A stretch of DNA of 64,000 nucleotides from an uncultured Gemmatimonadales bacterium (GTDB lineage Bacteria; Gemmatimonadota; Gemmatimonadetes; Gemmatimonadales; GWC2-71-9), in contig CAWHFW010000005.1 of NCBI GenBank assembly GCA_963828735.1, positions 928,001 through 992,000 on the forward strand, given 5' to 3'. Below, piece after piece: positions 18,211 through 28,556 of this stretch; position 1 is the first letter of the stretch; each line of letters opens with the position of its first letter. The position numbers were made by a program, and so were the translations under genes. Under the pieces are notes generated by a model. That model made no database searches. It had not been told where the DNA came from and saw only the letters and a program-made list of their open reading frames with translations.

Positions 18211-18627
18211 CTACTGCATCCGGTCGCACAAGGGGATGCCTTCCTCGCCAGCCATCTCGCGGTCCTCGTCGGTCCGCGGCGCCTCGGCCTTGTCGAGCGA
18301 GCCCACGAAGACGACGCAGCTGCGTCCCGGCTGGTTCTGGTGCGTGGCTTTGGCCTGCCACCCGCTGTCGCCGGCGAGCAGGATCTCCACGCGCACGCCG
18401 TAGTCGGGCCGCACGTCGAGACCGTCCGCCGACGACGCATAGATGCCATGGGCGGCGCGATAGCGCTCCTGGGCGGCGGCAACCGAGCGCAGGGCGCCCT
18501 TCAGCACGGATGCCGGCGTGGCCTGCCAAGCGGCGGCTACGCTGTTCTGCGCGGCAAGCGCGCCCGCCCCGCCGAGCGATGTCGCGGCGAGCAGCGCCAG
18601 CATGAGCGAAACCCTGCGGGTCGACAT
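18211..18627 (-). CDS. Secreted pilin-head-like protein
   Basis: GGAGGA SD, Sec signal, LKGALRSVAAAQERY....G.YASS..L, two C-terminal Cys. Confidence 0.65.
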   Translation of the reverse strand: MSTRRVSLMLALLAATSLGGAGALAAQNSVAAAWQATPASVLKGALRSVAAAQERYRAAHGIYASSADGLDVRPDYGVRVEILLAGDSGWQAKATHQNQPGRSCVVFVGSLDKAEAPRTDEDREMAGEEGIPLCDRMQ

Positions 18628-18988
18628 ACGTCCTCCCTGCATTGGCGAACGTGGGGCAGGTGGCCAGAGATCATAGGAGGCCAGTTGATACTGCCGGGCG
18701 CCCTTCCGCCACGCAATCCGCAGGATCCGGACAGCGTTCAATCCATTGTCGGTACCGACTGCAGGGAATGCCGAGGGGGACGGATGTTGGCGGGGGGACG
18801 AGACTTACAATACTGCAAAGGCGTGCGCGTTTGGGCTCGACCGTCGGCGCCTGGTTGGGGGAGAGCGACTACGCGGCCCGGTTGATGAGGTCGTGTGCTT
18901 CCTCGACGACCGCGCGACTCTCGACCGGGTCCCGCTCGAGGGCGGCGAAAGCTCGACCGACTTGCCGGCGGACTCCTACATCGCGCGA

Positions 18989-20644
18989 TTACATCGCGCG
19001 ATACTTCGGCCCGCTTCCGCCCTCGCGCGGCGTCCACCGGGGGCCGAGCACGTCGGTGGCCTTGCAGTCGATGCAATTGGGCGGGTTGACCCTGAGCTCG
19101 TCGCCCACCCGCTCGTAGACGCCGGCGGGACAGACGTGCGAATAAAAGTCCGCGACCTCCGGGTGAATGTCGCGCCCGAGGAGGAGATGCGAGGGAATCG
19201 TGTCTCGCGTCGCGTTGCCCGATTTGAACACCGCGTCCAACTTGCTGAACGTGAGCCGGCCATCGGGCGTGAAGCGGGTGGGCGCGCTCACCGTTCGCCC
19301 GGTGCGCGCGTCCTCCTCCATGGAGATCATGCCGCCGGGAAATCGGCCGGCCGTGAGGGTCATCAATCCCGCCTTCACGCCGCCAGCGTACAGCCCGTTC
19401 TTGAATGCGAGTCGCATGTTGCGGGTGCGATGCAGGTCGGCGAGGACATAGCTGCCCTCCAGCGCGTGATCGTACGCCGCCAGCGCGCCGGCCGACACGT
19501 CACCGCGCTTGAGCGCCGCGTAGGCCGCACGCGCCGCGTAGATCCCCGACTGCATCGCGTAGTGGATTCCCTTGAGCGACGGCACGTCCACCAGCCCCAG
19601 CGTGTCGCCCACGAAGAGCACGCCCTCGCCGCTCCGGCGCACGGGCAGCGCGTAATACCCGCCTTCGGGGATCGTCTTGGCGCCCCACTCGATCAGCTGG
19701 CCACCCTCGAGCTGCCGCCGGAAAAGCGGATGCAGCTTCATTCGCTGCAGCAGCTCGTGCACGTCGAGGTTCGAGTCGTGGTAGTCGAGCCCGACCACGA
19801 GTCCGAGCGCGACCTGGGACTGGCCGAGCGGATACATGAAGCTCCCGCCGAAAGCATCCGGCGGCAGCGGCCAGCCGAGCGTATGGACGACGGCGCCGAG
19901 TGGACGCGGCACCTCCCACAGCTCCTTCACGCCGAGCGCGAACAGCTGCGGATTGGGCGACGAGACGTGCTGCCATTCGCGCCATGCCTGGCCGAGCAGC
20001 CCACGGGTCCCTTCCGCCACGACCGTCACCTTCGCGGTGAGGTCAGTGGGCTCGGTGAAATTGGCGCCCCGCGTGCCGTCACGCGCGAGGCCCGAGGGCG
20101 TGGTCCGCACGCCGCGCACCGCCTGCCCGTTCACCAGCAGTGCGTCCACCGGGAAGCCGGCGAACAGGTTCACGCCGAGGCCCTCGGCGCGGTCGCCGAG
20201 CCATCGGACGATCTCGCAGAGCGATGCGGTGTAGAAGCCGCGATTGTGCATGGTCGGCGGCGTCGGGATCCGCTGGGCCCGGCGCTCGGTCATGAAGTAG
20301 ACCGCCTCGTTGGGCACAGCCTGGCGGAAGGGAAGGTCGGACGGCTTCACATCGGGACACAGCTCGCGAAATGCGCGTGGATTGACCACCGCGCCGGAGA
20401 GACTGTGCTCGCCCAGGCTCTCGGCCTTCTCGAGCACCCCCACGTTGAGCTCGGGCAGGCCGCCGCCCGCTTCCCGATCGCGCTTCGCCAGCTGGGCCAG
20501 CTCGATCGCGCAGGCCAGTCCGGCGGGGCCGGCGCCGACGATCAGCACATCCATCTCGATCGCTTCGGCGCCCGGCGGATCGCGGAGAATGACGCGCTCG
20601 ACAGGCAGCGGCGGCTGGTGGATGATCGGGAGAATGGTTGACAC
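18989..20644 (-). CDS. Electron transfer flavoprotein:quinone oxidoreductase
   Basis: DVLIVGAGPAGL, HSLSGAV, GVKELWE, KGIHYAMQSG, C-terminal CPAGVYE..NCIDCK; GGAGGA SD before GTG 20644. Confidence 0.92.
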   Translation of the reverse strand: MSTILPIIHQPPLPVERVILRDPPGAEAIEMDVLIVGAGPAGLACAIELAQLAKRDREAGGGLPELNVGVLEKAESLGEHSLSGAVVNPRAFRELCPDVKPSDLPFRQAVPNEAVYFMTERRAQRIPTPPTMHNRGFYTASLCEIVRWLGDRAEGLGVNLFAGFPVDALLVNGQAVRGVRTTPSGLARDGTRGANFTEPTDLTAKVTVVAEGTRGLLGQAWREWQHVSSPNPQLFALGVKELWEVPRPLGAVVHTLGWPLPPDAFGGSFMYPLGQSQVALGLVVGLDYHDSNLDVHELLQRMKLHPLFRRQLEGGQLIEWGAKTIPEGGYYALPVRRSGEGVLFVGDTLGLVDVPSLKGIHYAMQSGIYAARAAYAALKRGDVSAGALAAYDHALEGSYVLADLHRTRNMRLAFKNGLYAGGVKAGLMTLTAGRFPGGMISMEEDARTGRTVSAPTRFTPDGRLTFSKLDAVFKSGNATRDTIPSHLLLGRDIHPEVADFYSHVCPAGVYERVGDELRVNPPNCIDCKATDVLGPRWTPREGGSGPKYRAM

Positions 20645-20753
20645 GACGACTCCTCCAGGTGGTCCGAGCGGCTCGGCAGAATATAACCGCCAGCGGGGAC
20701 TCGCAGGTCGGCGTCGCGCGTCCGTCACACGATCATCCAGCTACTTTTCCCGG

Positions 20754-22013
20754 ATGACGACACCCCCCATTCCCGGCTTCCGTTCCGTCCCGTTCACCGG
20801 CGTCATCTACGTGATGGCCGAAGCCGCGCGCCGCGGCTTTCGCTACGGGCATCCCGACTGGTGCAATCTCGGCCAGGGCCAGCCCGAAACCGGGCCGCTG
20901 CCGGCCGCGCCGCCGCGAGTGCAGCAGGTGCAGATCGGCGTGAACGACCAGGAGTACGCGCCGGTGCCGGGGATCTGGGAGCTGCGCCGCGCCGTGGCCG
21001 AGCTGTACAACACCCTGTACCGGCAGGGGAAGCGGTCACAGTACACCGAGCTGAACGTCTGCATCTGCGGTGGGGGGCGCGCGTCGCTCACCCGCGCGGT
21101 CGCGGCTCTCGGCGAGGTGAACCTCGGCCATTTCCTGCCCGACTATACGGCGTACGAAGAGCTGCTCGACATCTTCAAGCTGTTCACGTCCATTCCCATC
21201 CTGCTGGACGGTGCCCAACGCTACCACTTCGATCTCGAGGCGCTCGAGCGCGAGATCACAGGCCGCGGTCTCTCCGCGCTGCTCCTGTCCAACCCGTGCA
21301 ACCCGACTGGCAAGGTGATTCACGGCGACGAGCTCGCGGCATGGGTCGGGCTCGCGCGCGAGGTCGGCTGCTCGCTCCTCGTCGACGAATTCTACTCGCA
21401 CTACATCTGGACCGAGACGGCGGATGACTCGGGAATGGTCTCGGCGGCGCGATACGTGGAGGACGTGGATGCCGACCCCGTCGTGCTCTTCGATGGCCTG
21501 ACGAAGAACTGGCGCTACCCGGGGTGGCGCATCACCTGGATCGTCGGACCGCACGCGGTGATCGAGGCGGTCTCGAGCAGCGGGTCGTTCCTCGACGGGG
21601 GTGGCAGCAAGCCGCTCCAACGTTCGGCTGTCCCGCTGCTCGATCCCGCCGTGGCATGCGCCGAGGCCGCCGCCATCCGGCAGGTTTTCCTTCGGAAGCG
21701 GAGGATCCTGGGCGACGGGCTTCGCGACGCGGGGGTGCGCTTCGACCTCGAGCCCGAGGGGACGTTCTACTGGTGGGGCGACGTCTCGGCACTGCCGCCG
21801 TCGCTCAATACGGGGATGGCGTTCTTCCAGCGCGCGCTCGAGCGGCAGGTCATATGTGTGCCGGGAGAGTTCTTCGACGTGAATCCCGGCAAGCGCCGGA
21901 GCGGGCGGCCGTCGAGGTTCCGGAACTACGTGCGGTTCTCGTTCGGGCCCGAGGAGCGGGCCGTCACGGAAGGCGTGCGTCGGATTCAGGAGATGGTGCA
22001 GGCAGGGAGCTGA
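20754..22013 (+). CDS. PLP-dependent aminotransferase class I/II
   Basis: NLGQGQPE, SNPCNPTG, DEFYSHY, GLTKNWRYPGWR, RFSFG. Confidence 0.92.
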   Translation: MTTPPIPGFRSVPFTGVIYVMAEAARRGFRYGHPDWCNLGQGQPETGPLPAAPPRVQQVQIGVNDQEYAPVPGIWELRRAVAELYNTLYRQGKRSQYTELNVCICGGGRASLTRAVAALGEVNLGHFLPDYTAYEELLDIFKLFTSIPILLDGAQRYHFDLEALEREITGRGLSALLLSNPCNPTGKVIHGDELAAWVGLAREVGCSLLVDEFYSHYIWTETADDSGMVSAARYVEDVDADPVVLFDGLTKNWRYPGWRITWIVGPHAVIEAVSSSGSFLDGGGSKPLQRSAVPLLDPAVACAEAAAIRQVFLRKRRILGDGLRDAGVRFDLEPEGTFYWWGDVSALPPSLNTGMAFFQRALERQVICVPGEFFDVNPGKRRSGRPSRFRNYVRFSFGPEERAVTEGVRRIQEMVQAGS

Positions 22014-22097
22014 GCGGCCGAACGGAAGGCAAAGACAATCCGGGACTCTCATCCCGCCGGAGCGAGCCTCGACCCGCGCGGGCCGAGCGCCGAGCCG

Positions 22098-23081
22098 TCA
22101 GGTCGAGCGCGCCTTCCGCACCTCGTCGGTCAACCGCGGCACCACGTCGAACAGGTCACCCACGATCCCGTAGTCCGCGATCTTGAAGATCGGCGCGTCC
22201 TTGTCCTTGTTGATCGCGACGATCGTCTTCGCCGTGCGCATCCCCGCCAGATGCTGGATCGCGCCCGAGATGCCCACGGCCACGTAGAGATCGGGACTCA
22301 CCACCCGTCCCGTCTGACCGATCTGATCGGTAGGCGGACGCCAGCCGTCGTCGGTGACGGCCCGCGTGGCCCCCACGGCGGCATTGCCGAAAGCGGCGGC
22401 GAGATCCTCCACCAATTTGAAATTTTCCGCGGCCCGGAGACCGCGCCCGCCACTCACGATGACCGGTGCTTCGCCGAGATCCAGCGTGGCCGCCGGTTGC
22501 TGAGCGAGCTCGGTCACGACCACTCGCGCCGACGCGGGATCGCCGACTGGCGCGATGGTCTCGATCCGCGCTGTGCGCGGGTGCTCGGTCGCCGGGATGG
22601 CCCCGGGCCGAAGCGAGACGATGGCCGGAGTGCCGGTGAGCCGCAGGGTCACGATCACCTTCCCCGTGTATGCGGGGTGCTGCGCGAGCACCGCATCATC
22701 ACGCATCTCGAACGAGATCACGTCCGAGGCGAGTCCGACGCCGACTCGTGCCGCCACCCGCGGCGCCAGGTCGCGCCCCTCGGCCGAGGCCGAGAAGAAG
22801 GCGACGCGGTAGGACCCACCTTTGAGTCGCTCGGCCGCGGTGGCCGCGAACGTTTCGGGTGCGTAACGATCGAGTCCGGCGTGCTCGACCACGGCTACGA
22901 CGTCCGCCCCGAACCGCCCCAACGCCTCCGCATGCGCCGCGATGCCCGGGGCACCAACCACCAGCGCGTGGACCTGACCGCCCATCGCGTCGGCCGCGCG
23001 ACGCGCCGCCGCGACCGTTTCGAAGGCCACCTTGCGAAGCTCGCCGCCCCGCGATTCCGCGAAGGCGAACATGTCGGCCAT
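22098..23081 (-). CDS. etfA: Electron transfer flavoprotein alpha subunit
   Basis: [40 protein letters not shown]. Confidence 0.95.
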   Translation of the reverse strand: MADMFAFAESRGGELRKVAFETVAAARRAADAMGGQVHALVVGAPGIAAHAEALGRFGADVVAVVEHAGLDRYAPETFAATAAERLKGGSYRVAFFSASAEGRDLAPRVAARVGVGLASDVISFEMRDDAVLAQHPAYTGKVIVTLRLTGTPAIVSLRPGAIPATEHPRTARIETIAPVGDPASARVVVTELAQQPAATLDLGEAPVIVSGGRGLRAAENFKLVEDLAAAFGNAAVGATRAVTDDGWRPPTDQIGQTGRVVSPDLYVAVGISGAIQHLAGMRTAKTIVAINKDKDAPIFKIADYGIVGDLFDVVPRLTDEVRKARST

Positions 23082-23833
23082 CAGAGGACCTTCGCTTCCG
23101 TGCGAAGCCGCCGCACCAGCTCGGGGACCGCGTCGGGCCCTTCCCCGACGAACTTGGGTCCGCTTCGCTCGGCGGGCAGCGCCATCGCCTCGACCGTGAG
23201 CCGCACCTCGCCCAGGGCCGCCGGGCGCACGTCCAGCGGCTTCTTCTTCGCGGCCATGATGCCCTTGAGCGTCGCGAGGCGCGGCCGCGCGATGCCTTCA
23301 TCGATCGAGAGCACGGCTGGGAGGGGGAACTGCACCGTCTCCGCCGCGCCCTCGAGATCGCGCCGCGCGATGCCGCGGCCGGCCGAGACCTCGAGATGCG
23401 AGATGGACGTGACGCAGGGGAGATCGAGCAGCTCCGCCACCATCGGGCCGACGGTGCCGCTGGCGGTGTCGGTCGCCATGCGACCGAACAGGATGAGATC
23501 GAATCCACTGGCGGAGAGCTCGGCGGCCAGCGCGCGCGCCACGGCGAGGCCGTCCACGGGCACGTCGTCCGCCTTGAGCTGCACGGCGCGCGAGGCGCCC
23601 ATGGCGAGGCCCTTCCGCAGCGTTTCCTGCACGCCGTCGGGACCGAGCGAGACGAGGACCACCTCACCGCCTCCCTGCTTCTCGACGAGCTGCAGCGCGA
23701 CCTCGAGGGCGTACCCGTCGAAGTCGCTCATGTCGTACTTGAGCCCAGCCTGATCGAGGGACTTGCGGTCGGCCGCGATGTTGAACCGCAGCTCCATGTC
23801 CGGCACCCGCTTGAGGCACACCGCGATCTTCAA
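23081..23833 (-). CDS. etfB: Electron transfer flavoprotein beta subunit
   Basis: KIAVCLKRVPD, LAMGA, RLATLKGIMAAKKKP; TTG start. Confidence 0.95.
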   Translation of the reverse strand: MKIAVCLKRVPDMELRFNIAADRKSLDQAGLKYDMSDFDGYALEVALQLVEKQGGGEVVLVSLGPDGVQETLRKGLAMGASRAVQLKADDVPVDGLAVARALAAELSASGFDLILFGRMATDTASGTVGPMVAELLDLPCVTSISHLEVSAGRGIARRDLEGAAETVQFPLPAVLSIDEGIARPRLATLKGIMAAKKKPLDVRPAALGEVRLTVEAMALPAERSGPKFVGEGPDAVPELVRRLRTEAKVL

Positions 23834-24046
23834 ACCAACGCTCCCGGGAGAGGTCCAACGCCAGCCGGCGAACTGGCCGCAAACCTAGTCGCACCCCGGA
23901 GCGGATGCCAGACGCGTCGCGCGCGGACGGCCGTCTGTTTTTTCGGGGAGCGCCGCTTCGGTGGGACCACCTTGCAGCGGGGCACGGAGCACACTCGAGA
24001 GCGGCACCGCCAGGTGCCAAAGCTGAGGCGTGCTCCCTACCCTGCG

Positions 24047-24919
24047 TCAGCCGTTCACGACCTTCGTGCCCCTCCTGTCCGACCCCGGGCGCACGATCCG
24101 GCGCCGATCCGCTCCCGATCTCGGCGTCCAGCCCTCCTCGAACGCCACGACCCGCGGTGCCGCGACCACGGCGTCGGGGGCGCCAACGACGGTCACGCTC
24201 TGCTCCTGGCCAACGCGGCTCCGGACGCCGTGGGTGCCAAGGCGTGCCAGCAACTGCGCGGCGCGGTCCCGGCCACCCAGCCCGAACGCGAGCCCGGTCG
24301 CGAGGGCCAGCGCGCCGACGACGCCCACCATGAGGGTATTGATCAGCGTCGTGGCGATCCCGAGCTGGTTCACCGCGACCACGACGGCGAACGCCCACAC
24401 TGCGATCTTCGTCGCAGCGGCCAGCACGTCCGCGTTCGCCAGTCCGGCCGAGGTGGCCGACCCCCGAACGATCCGGGAGAGCGCGTTCGCGGCGAGTCCG
24501 CCGATCACGAGCGCCAGGAGACCCACGAGCAGGTTGGGAAGCCAGAAGAGAAGCTGCTGGAAGACGCTCGACACCGCCGGCAGGCCGAGCGCGTCGAAGG
24601 CGACCACCATGGTGAGGAGCCACGCGCACCACTTGGCTACGCTCGCCACGACCGCCGATGCCTCCTGCGTCACGCCCATGTTCTCGACGAAGGCGGCGAA
24701 TCCCGAGCGTCGAGCGAGATCGTTGAAGTGAACGGCGCGCAACAGAGCGACCGTACCCTTGAAGATGAGCGATGCGATCAGCCAACCGATGACGAGTACG
24801 GCCGCGAACGCGATGATCCGGGGAAGTGCCGAGAGGAGGGTCCCGAGCGCGCCGGTGAGAGAGGCGCGAACCGCCTCGCCCAGGCTACGGACCGGGCCCG
24901 CCACCGCCGTGGCTTGCAT
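24047..24919 (-). CDS. CmpX-like / MscS-related TM-helix repeat membrane protein
   Basis: Two LP.(I/L)....LVIG.L.A repeats, NQLGIA, GLAFGLGGRD.A; GGAGG SD before ATG 24919. Confidence 0.82.
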   Translation of the reverse strand: MQATAVAGPVRSLGEAVRASLTGALGTLLSALPRIIAFAAVLVIGWLIASLIFKGTVALLRAVHFNDLARRSGFAAFVENMGVTQEASAVVASVAKWCAWLLTMVVAFDALGLPAVSSVFQQLLFWLPNLLVGLLALVIGGLAANALSRIVRGSATSAGLANADVLAAATKIAVWAFAVVVAVNQLGIATTLINTLMVGVVGALALATGLAFGLGGRDRAAQLLARLGTHGVRSRVGQEQSVTVVGAPDAVVAAPRVVAFEEGWTPRSGADRRRIVRPGSDRRGTKVVNG

Positions 24920-25124
24920 GGGATGCCTCCGCCGCTGATGAATCGTCCGTCTTGGGGCGACGTGCGTGGCGCCATCCGGCAGAGGCGCCGGCGACGGTAC
25001 TCGATCGCGATCGTCCGCCCCCGCGACGATCGCCGGACCGCCCCCCTGGCGGGGGCGTCCAGGTGGGACACGCACCCATCATAAGGTATCCATCGAGCGC
25101 CTGCGATCCCCGGCCTTGTAGCCT

Positions 25125-27362
25125 TTAGTCCATGCCGGCGCCCCCGCCCTGGCCCGGTCCGCCCAGCGTCGTCCGCACGACGAGGCGGAACGCCCGGCGT
25201 TGATTGGGCGTGAGAAATCGTTCCACCGCGGCGCCGGCCGGGTTGCCCTGATTGATGTTGAACGTGCCGAAGACCGCGCTCTCGTTCTGGAACAGGTTGG
25301 TGACGATGCCGTTGATCTCCCAGCGGCCGAATTCCACGCCAACCCGGGCGTCGGCCACGAAGTAGCCGTCGAGGGGAGCCGTGACATTGGCCTCGTCGCC
25401 GCGGAGAAACTGTTTGCCGGTGTACCGGGCGTCCGTGCCGACCGAGACGTAGCGGCCGAGCCGCGCCAGGCCGCCGAACTTGATCTGGTGGTCCGGGACC
25501 TGGGGGAACCGCGCTCCGGGCGAGACGTCGTTCTCGGTCGGAAAGGGGTTGATGACTTCCGGATCGTCGGCCGAGCGGATGGTGAAGATGTCGGCCGCGC
25601 TCTGAAAGCTGGCGTGCGTGTAGGCGTAGTTGAGGTAGAGCGAGTGGCCCGCCGGGAAGGCGTACGTCGCCCCGGCCTCGAAGCCCGTCCGGCGCGTCTT
25701 GGCGATGTTCACGAAGAACCCGTCGACCGTGCTCCCTGAGGGCTCGTTCGCGTCACCGAACGGGGTGAGAAAGATGTCGTTCTTGACGTCGGTGTAGTAC
25801 ACCGAGCCGCTGAGCGAGACGCGGTCGTTCGCGTAGCGGAAGCCTCCTTCGAGCGTACTTGCCGTGACGGGCTCGAGCGGCGGGTCGTCGCCCAGAGCGA
25901 ACGGCAACGGGCACGGCGCCTCGGGATCCGCGCAAGCGTTCTCGATCACGGCCGGCGCCCGGAACGCCTGACCCCACGAGGCGAAGAACGAGCCGCCGGG
26001 CATGACCTCGACGCTGGCGCCGAGCCGGGGGTTGAAGCGCTCGTAGGTTGCCGTCGTATCGCCCGAGTGATCCAGCTCGTTCTCGAAGGGGATGCGCACA
26101 TAGTCGTACCGGGCCCCGGCGGACAGCGTCACCTTGTCCATCGTGAGGTCGGCGGCGGCGAACGGCGCCACGTCCCAGAGGGGACTCCGCGCCGCCGTGG
26201 TCTGCGTGCGCCCGACGCCGAACTTGGTCGAGTCGGAGAAGATGTCGATCTCGACCCGCGTGACCTCGCCGTCCACGCCCCCCCGGAGGCTCAGCGCCGT
26301 CGTCTCGTTGAGCACCGTGGTCCACCGGTAGTCCGCGGTGTACCCGAAGCTGTTGTTGTAGCTGATCCCGAACGCGTCCGGATCGTCTTCCTGGTTGATG
26401 TTGAGCCGCTCGGCGCGGTGCCGGCGGAAATACGCCGTGACCGAGGCGCGGCCCAGCCCGAACTGCTTGTAGGCCTGCAGCGAGCCCTGGTAGGCCCAGA
26501 GCTTCTCGTAGTCATTCGCGCTCAGGTTGGAGTCGGGAGACGCGGCGAAGATCGACTCGGGCAGGGAGCCCGCGGTCTGAGCGCTGTCGCGCGAGTAGAA
26601 CGCCTGGAAGCGGATGCCGCTGGTCTCGCCCAGCTTCCCGACGTTGAGGAAGCCCTGGTAGCCCTGCTCGCCGGTCACCTGTCGCCAGCCATCCTCACGG
26701 TTGAAGTCGCCGCCGACGTACCAGTCCAGACCGCTCTTGGTCAGGCCCGAGACGTGGGCCTCGGCCCGGGCGGCGCCGAAGCTTCCGCCCGAGAGCTCGA
26801 TCGTGCCCGTCGTCGGGCCGGTGCCGCGCGCGGTGACGAGGTTGACCGCGCCACCCAGCGCATTCCGACCCAGCAGCGACCCGTTGCCCGACAGGATCTC
26901 GATCCGGTTGATGTGGTCCATTGGAAGCAGGTCGAAGTTGACCTGCGACGCCTCGGGCTCGTTCATCCGAACGCCATCGAGGAACACCGCCACGCCCTGC
27001 GGCAAGCCGACCACCGGCGAAGAGTAGAATCCGCGGCTCGAGAGATTGAGCTTGTACGGGCTCCCGAGATCGTCATAGGTCGAGAACCCGGCGACGCTCT
27101 TGAGCGCGTCGGAAAGGATGCGGGGCTCGTAGGCGTCCACCTGCTCCGCGCTCAGCGTGGTCACGCGGGCGGGCACGCCGGAACCCACCGTCGGGCCGGC
27201 GGCCGGTTGAATGCTCCCGACGACCTCGATCGGCGGGAGCTCGTGCACGGTCGTGTCCGCTCGCGCCTTGGCCGTATCCGCTTTCGTCGTGTCGGCCTGG
27301 GCCACCAGGGCGGCCGGAAGCACGACCAACAGGGCAGCCGCGAGCAGGCTCGTCAGTTTCAT
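25125..27362 (-). CDS. TonB-dependent outer-membrane receptor
   Basis: Signal peptide, TonB-box-like PPIEVVG, plug RGF.SSPVVGLPQGVAVFLDGVRMNE..G.NALGGAVNLVT, barrel with FRAP..CADPEAPCPLP..PPL.P, NLF. Confidence 0.93.
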   Translation of the reverse strand: MKLTSLLAAALLVVLPAALVAQADTTKADTAKARADTTVHELPPIEVVGSIQPAAGPTVGSGVPARVTTLSAEQVDAYEPRILSDALKSVAGFSTYDDLGSPYKLNLSSRGFYSSPVVGLPQGVAVFLDGVRMNEPEASQVNFDLLPMDHINRIEILSGNGSLLGRNALGGAVNLVTARGTGPTTGTIELSGGSFGAARAEAHVSGLTKSGLDWYVGGDFNREDGWRQVTGEQGYQGFLNVGKLGETSGIRFQAFYSRDSAQTAGSLPESIFAASPDSNLSANDYEKLWAYQGSLQAYKQFGLGRASVTAYFRRHRAERLNINQEDDPDAFGISYNNSFGYTADYRWTTVLNETTALSLRGGVDGEVTRVEIDIFSDSTKFGVGRTQTTAARSPLWDVAPFAAADLTMDKVTLSAGARYDYVRIPFENELDHSGDTTATYERFNPRLGASVEVMPGGSFFASWGQAFRAPAVIENACADPEAPCPLPFALGDDPPLEPVTASTLEGGFRYANDRVSLSGSVYYTDVKNDIFLTPFGDANEPSGSTVDGFFVNIAKTRRTGFEAGATYAFPAGHSLYLNYAYTHASFQSAADIFTIRSADDPEVINPFPTENDVSPGARFPQVPDHQIKFGGLARLGRYVSVGTDARYTGKQFLRGDEANVTAPLDGYFVADARVGVEFGRWEINGIVTNLFQNESAVFGTFNINQGNPAGAAVERFLTPNQRRAFRLVVRTTLGGPGQGGGAGMD

Positions 27363-27396
27363 GGACCGCGATCCTCGGAAGCTATGAGCGGGATTT

Positions 27397-28002
27397 TCAG
27401 CGAAGCAGGAAGGTGTCCGGCATCCGGTGATCGTGACCTTCGGGGCGACGCTCGTAGATCGCGGCCATCACGACCCGGTCGGGCGGCACGCCGACCACGA
27501 GCAGGGCATCGTCGCTCGGCCCGCCGCCATCGAAGTCGAGGCAGCAGTGCTCGGTGGTGACGAGGCCCGCCCCCGCGCCGTCGCGAATCGAGGGCTGGTC
27601 GCCGCGGTCCAGCCGGATGAGGTCCCCGGGGGAGAAGGTTCCCGAGTGGTCGTGATCTTCGTAGAGGCGGAGGTGGTGGACCTTCGCGTCGCGCTCGGCG
27701 ACCAGGGTGATCCCGTCATCTGCCTCGCCCCCGCCGTCCAGGTCGTAGCAGCAGCGGTCGATCTCGACCGGCCGCGGCGACCTGAGGAGCGAGGCGGCGA
27801 GCAAGGCGACGATGACCGATGCCGTCACTCCCCAGGCCGCGCGGAGAAACCCGAGGCGACGACCGGTGTCGGCTGGCCGCTCGCCCCGACGCACCCGGCC
27901 CGCGATCTCGGCGCCAAGCGACGCGCGCGGCTCGAACCGGATGTCGCTGAGCGCGCGATCGAGCTCGGCCAACTCTGGCGGAAGGTCAGGCTCGCCGTTC
28001 AT
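27397..28002 (-). CDS. Putative membrane-anchored anti-sigma factor with Cys-Cys/acidic metal-binding repeats
   Basis: ATGA overlap with the ECF gene; short cytoplasmic N-terminus, one TM, periplasmic CCYDLDGGGEADD, DHDHSGTFSPGD, CCLDFDGGGPSDD. Confidence 0.75.
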   Translation of the reverse strand: MNGEPDLPPELAELDRALSDIRFEPRASLGAEIAGRVRRGERPADTGRRLGFLRAAWGVTASVIVALLAASLLRSPRPVEIDRCCYDLDGGGEADDGITLVAERDAKVHHLRLYEDHDHSGTFSPGDLIRLDRGDQPSIRDGAGAGLVTTEHCCLDFDGGGPSDDALLVVGVPPDRVVMAAIYERRPEGHDHRMPDTFLLR

Positions 28003-28556
28003 CGGGCGAGCACCTTCCTGAGCCGGCCCAGCACGCGCCAGAGCCGGGTGCGCACGTTCCCTTCGCTGATGCCGAGGATCTGCGCCATCTCGGCGGTGTC
28101 GAGCCCGCTGCCGTAACGGAGCCCGACCAGCTCGCGGTCCGCCGTGCCCAGCGTCGCTACCGCGTCAAGCAGCTGTCCGATTTCCTCTTCCCGGAGCAGG
28201 CGCTCCTCAGGGGAAGGCGCTTCGTGGGCCAGATCGTGCATCGTGCCGATCGCGACGTACTGGCGGAGCCGCGCGCGCCGACGCCAGTCGGCCAGGACAT
28301 TTCGAGCCGCCGCGAGGATCCAGGTCTTCGGTGAGCCCTTCAGGGGATCGAACCGCTCGACCGCGCGGACGACCTTGAGGAATGTCTCGGCGGTCAGGTC
28401 CTCGGCGACGTCGACCAGCGGGACGTGGAAGCGAAAGTAGTTGTAGACGGCCGAACCATGCGCCTCAAACCATTGCCGACAGAGGACTTGCGCCTCATCG
28501 ATCGGGGCGGGGGCTGGCGGCGCATCGCGATGGGGTGGTTGGGAAGCCGGGCTCAC
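27999..28556 (-). CDS. ECF sigma factor
   Basis: AEDLTAETFLKV, WILAAARN (region 2); LRYGSGL..AEMAQILGISEGNVRTRLWR (region 4). Confidence 0.93.
   Translation of the reverse strand: MSPASQPPHRDAPPAPAPIDEAQVLCRQWFEAHGSAVYNYFRFHVPLVDVAEDLTAETFLKVVRAVERFDPLKGSPKTWILAAARNVLADWRRRARLRQYVAIGTMHDLAHEAPSPEERLLREEEIGQLLDAVATLGTADRELVGLRYGSGLDTAEMAQILGISEGNVRTRLWRVLGRLRKVLAR

Noticed and set aside
25125..28556. Canonical FecI/FecR/FecA cell-surface signalling
   Set aside because: Anti-sigma is too short and lacks FecR features; receptor has no N-terminal signalling extension
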